Positions 59,618 to 64,000 of a stretch of DNA of 64,000 nt are shown one piece after another (position 1 is the stretch's first letter; every line of letters starts with the position of its first letter). Made by a program: the position numbers and the translations under genes. The notes beneath the pieces were generated by a model, which saw only the letters and a program-made list of their open reading frames with translations, was not told where the DNA came from and made no database searches. The stretch is from positions 909,442 through 973,441 of the forward strand of contig NW_003314294.1 in the NCBI RefSeq assembly GCF_000143415.4. The letters are read 5' to 3'. This DNA is from Selaginella moellendorffii (Eukaryota; Plantae; Lycopodiophyta).

Positions 59618-62600
59618 GTTAATGCAAGAGAGCTTGAGTGTGTCGAGTCAACGCCATCCTATTGTATATATCAAATGTATATTACAACTAGTAGAGGTGA
59701 ATTACTCCATGATAGAGAAGGAGTGTTTAGTAACAGTTTGGGGTTTCTAGAAACTTCATGCACATTTACATGATTTGTAAAGGATATTAGAAGGTGATCA
59801 TGCTATAATTCTTTCATTATTGAAGTGAAAGTACTTGGTTGATTGTACTATTTTTCCCTTTTGCGATCCCTTTGATGGTTTTTGTGTTGTAGTAGTTGAT
59901 CAACTTATGAAGGAGTATACTAATCTCTTTAAATTTAACTTATTGTCTAGGGCCAAAATTACCATACATCATCCAATTCCAATTGGGGATGCTTGTCCAA
60001 TCAAAGTTCCTGTTTGTCATTAATCACCCAAAGAGATCAAGATTTTACATGAAAACGTTAAGGAAATGTTGGAAAAGTGTATTATTTAAAGTCACGGAGT
60101 CCTTGGGCATGTGAATTTCATTTTGTGACAAAATTTAATGAAAATATTCATTTCTACATTGATTATTACTCATTAAACGAAGTGATGATCCCAAATGTGT
60201 ACCCTCTTCCTCATATTGCTGATCTCTTGGATCGTCTAGGGAGAAGTTGTTAATTCACCAAGTTAGATCTTGTTTCTGGGTATTGACAAGTACTGATAGC
60301 AGAATAAGATATTTCTAAGATTGCTTTTTGTACACTATTTGGTTTGTATGAGTTCTTGGTGATACTATTTGGTTTGAACAATGCTTTAGCAACTTTCTAG
60401 TATATGATGGACAAGGTTCTTTGTGATATGCCGAAGGTGACTACTGACTTCATTAATGATGTCTTAATCCATTCGGAGGGGACATGGGAGGAACATGTCT
60501 ATGATGTTTGTAAAGTGTTAGATTGGCTATGGGAAGTTGGTTTAAAGCTGAAATAGTTGAAACGCATGTTTGGGTCCAAGGACACGACTTATCTTAGGTA
60601 CCATATTTCTCATAAGGGATTGCAAGTTGATCATGACAAACTTGTGGTTAATCTAAAATCCTCTACTCTGAAGTGTGTGAATGATGTGTAATGCTTTCTG
60701 AGTAAGATGTAATATCTTGGTCATTTTATGGATCATTTCCTAGGTAAGGTGCAATATCTTGGTCATTTTATGGATCTTCTTTTTTATCGCATTACGCCGT
60801 TGCAAGTGTTGTTAAAGTTATCAACATCATTTTTCATCTGGTCTACAAACTGTGAACAGGCGTTCATGAATCTTAATGAGCTATTGACGACTACTTTGGT
60901 TTTGGCATATTCTGACTACACTTGACTTTTCATTTTGTGCATGGATGTTTATGGAGTTGTGTTAATGCAAGAGAGCTCATGCATATATAAGTTGTATATT
61001 GCAACCGATAAAGGCAAATTACTCCACAACAAAGAATGAGTGTTTAGTAGCAATTTGGGGTTTCAAGAAAACTTTATGCATATCTACATGGTTCTTAAAC
61101 ATTACTAAAAGGTGATCATGGTGTAGTTATTTCATTATTGAAGTGGAAAAACCTAGTTGGTCGTATTGCTCAATGGGTTTTGAAGCTTTAGGTATATTAT
61201 TTTGATGTTGTTCATCACCTAAGGAGTTCTATAGCTGATGCTAATACCCTTTCTTGACTCCTTTTCCTTATTTACTCTCTTCTCATATTTTTGATGAGCT
61301 TGTTGTTCCAGTATTTATAAATTTTCTAAATGAGGATTTTGTGCCATCGGTAGTTGTACTTGACATTCAATGTCCACAAAATGCAAAACAAGATTTACCT
61401 TCTCTTGATGAGGTTCATGAGGCTTAAAAGATTGAGCCATGGTTTCAAAGGTTAGTTGAGATTTCTACATCACTTGCTAATGACTTGTTATTCTAGTATT
61501 TACATTCTCAATATCACCTTGAAAATGACATTCTTTATTTTGTGGGGACGGATCCTAATAATCATTTACAACTGGTGGTGCCTTTAATTTTTATTGCATG
61601 GTTTCTCCATGCCAACCATGTGTAAACTCCTGAATTTGGACTTCTCGGGAGGTCACCCAGTTCAGTACTATTCAAACCCAAGCACAATTAACCCCAAATA
61701 TCCCAAGACCCTTAACCAATTGGAAAAGGGGGTGCATTCTTGTTCATGGGCCCTTTCCCTCTATATTTGAACCCCAATGAATCATCTCTCAAGTCGTTCT
61801 TTTTGGTTGTTTACACCATGATTCTTCTATTCTATGTGGGTATATAGGACATTGTTGTGTGACTGAAAAACTGCACATGTCTTTCTATTAGCTGAAGATG
61901 TGACGTGATATTATCTGGTATGTGTAGCTACCTTTGGTGCCAAGCTCGTAATACTCCCTCTCGTGTTGAGGAAGGACAGTTGGAGTTAATTGCAATTTCT
62001 CATCCATTTGAGTTTGTGGTGTTTGATTTTATGGGACTTTTTCCACAATTGACTATTGGCAATGAGTATGTTATCATTACTTTTGATTACTTGACTTGCT
62101 AGGTGAAAGTTGATGTTCTTGCTAGCGCCTCCACAACTACTGTTGGATACTTCCTCTTCAATCGAGTGGTGTTCCAACATTCTTTCAGATAATGGTCCTA
62201 TATTTATGGCTGAGGCATTTAATGTTTTGACATCTTAGTTGAGGATACGTCACACTTTCACAAGTGCTTATCATCCACAGTTAAACAGTTTAGTGGAAGG
62301 GCTCATTTAGACATTCAAAGGGATCATCGTGAAGTATATGAACTTTCAGCATTCGAATTGGGATGGTTATTTACCATCTTTTCGATATGTATATGTTATA
62401 GGGGTGCAGAGTTCTATTGGTGCTTCATCATATAAACTTTTATATGGTCATAATCCAATATAACTAATGGAATTAGCTTGACCTTCAAGATTACCACAAG
62501 CTGCCAATACTAAGTCATGGGATTAATATTTGAAAACCATTCTTCCACTTGTCTAAACAAAGTTTGGCGAACAATTGGGTTGCATACAAGTGGGACAATA

Positions 62601-63310
62601 AAGTGCTATAACTCCCATCATTATGCACTTGCAAAATACAAAGTGGATGACATAGTGTTAGTCTATTTTCCATGTAGCACACCTTATCTCTCTCCCTTAA
62701 GTCAATTGAAAAAGGCTTGGTCTGTGGATGCTCCACCAAAAGGAAGGATATATGTATGAATGCTTAATATGTATGATTTCAACTTTAGGGGTAAGAATAT
62801 ATCTTGCTCAAAAGTATATTATACTTTTAAGTAGCTACTAATCAATGGGAATAAAATCCATGCCATTTGCTCCGAACTGCATGAAGTGCACTTTATCTCT
62901 CTCTCTTTAAGCCAACTGAAAAAGGGGTAATTACTTGATGAAAGATTTTATCCCCCATTTATCCCTTAAAGGTTCCAAGGATCCACAGTGATAATATATT
63001 AAAATCTCATCCCATGATCGTATACACTATAATTTTTTGGTTTAACTAAAAGGCTCTTTTTTAAGTGGAAAGGACTATATTGAGTTTTTGTGGCAAGTTA
63101 GACCATAAATTTATGAGGTTTGGTATGACGTTCAGTAAACCGATCCTCTAGAATTATGCATGTGTAGCAGTTAAAATGCTTCATACAAAGGGATTATAAA
63201 CAAATGGTATTACCTACAAATCCACTAATGCCTCCTCCTGATGTTCTTCCAAATCTCGGCCCATCTACAAGAGAACCCTAATAGTCTTCTATTATTCTGA
63301 GAGGAGGGGA
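59618..63310 (+). mobile_element. Heavily decayed Ty3/Gypsy pol remnant (RT-RNaseH-integrase) ending in a PPT; probable 3' LTR from about 63311
   Basis: IDYYSLN..YPLPHIADLLDRLG..FTKLDLVSGY*QV..KIAF..FGLYEF..FGLNNALATF..FINDVLI (RT, 60150-60480); LVLAYSDY and GRIAQWVLKL (RNaseH); GQLELIAISHPFEFVVFDFMGLFP, SDNG and AYHPQ (integrase). PPT GAGAGGAGGGGA at about 63299-63310. Many stops. Confidence 0.85.
61621..61815 (-). mobile_element. Cassandra-type TRIM solo LTR carrying a 5S rRNA-derived domain
   Basis: 195 bp, termini TGTAAAC...GTTTACA, perfect 5-bp TSD CCATG (61616-61620 and 61816-61820). The reverse complement of 61638-61693 is GTTAATTGTGCTTGGGTTTGAATAGTACTGAACTGGGTGACCTCCCGAGAAGTCC, matching the plant 5S internal control region. 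Confidence 0.88.
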
Positions 63311-63509
63311 TGATATAAGATATAAGTGTATGTTATGATGCCATATATTAATATTAGCATAATGGGATTTTAGTAGCCATTATATTGGTTTCAATCCGGA
63401 CCATTCACTCTTGTATATAAATTAGGGTTTTTAAGTTAATTGATATGCACACTTTCTATATTCGCTTTCCATATTTTATGCACTCATTATATGTGTGTGA
63501 ATGTATTTT

Positions 63510-63902
63510 TTATGTGTGTGTGTATATGTATATGTATATATATATGTATATATATGTATCTATATATGTATGTATATATATGTATGTATGTATGTATATA
63601 TATGTATGTATATATGTATATATATGTATATATGTATATGTGTATATGTATGTATATATATGTATATATATGTGTATATATGTATATATATGTATATATG
63701 TATATGTGTATATGTATGTATATATATGTATATATATGTGTATATATGTATATATGTATGTATATGTATATATGTATATGTGTATATGTATGTATATATA
63801 TATATGTATATATATATGTATATATATGTATATATATATGTATGTGTGTATATATATATATGTATGTGTGTGTATATATATATGTATATGTATATATATA
63901 CG

Positions 63903-63949
<47 letters not shown>

Positions 63950-64000
63950 GTATATATGTATATATATATATATGTATATATGTATATATATATATATGTA
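63510..64000. repeat. (TA)n/(TATG)n compound microsatellite running off the window end
   Basis: Seen directly. Confidence 0.97.

Noticed and set aside
61638-61693. 5S rRNA gene
   Set aside because: Only the central/3' ~55 nt are similar, and they sit inside an LTR with a TSD; not a full ~120-nt gene.
63510-64000. Telomere or coded signal in the terminal TA/TG tract
   Set aside because: No TTTAGGG repeats; an ordinary compound microsatellite next to a Gypsy LTR.

Overview
Eukaryotic land-plant genomic DNA. The very short GT-AG introns (about 50-90 bp), intergenic gaps under 100 bp and gene content suggest a compact lycophyte genome such as Selaginella; this is an inference. Bases 1-13.2 kb are gene-dense: the 3' end of an FY/WDR33-like gene, a tail-to-tail pair of paralogous coiled-coil genes resembling IQCE, an Arc1p/AIMP1-type tRNA-binding gene, and a head-to-head pair of intronless non-RD G-type lectin (S-domain) receptor kinases 258 bp apart. 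From 7602 onward the window is a tandem segmental triplication of a unit of about 14.6-15.6 kb, with copies starting at 7602, 39446 and 54028. Each unit contains an Arc1p 3' end, the RLK pair, a decayed short-LTR Copia element with an internal inverted gag duplication, a mosaic of F-box/WDR82/RLK fragments and a 5'-truncated WDR82/Swd2 gene. Copy A also carries a 16.2-kb tandem LTR-retrotransposon array bounded by one 5-bp TSD (17108-33351) and a MITE. Copy B has a frameshifted RLK1 and a kinase-deleted RLK2. Copy C has an intact RLK1 and then breaks into scrambled fragments. The window ends in a decayed Gypsy pol that contains a 5S-rRNA-bearing Cassandra-type solo LTR (61621-61815), followed by a (TA/TG)n microsatellite. 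Family assignments come from motif recognition and recall, not database searches.
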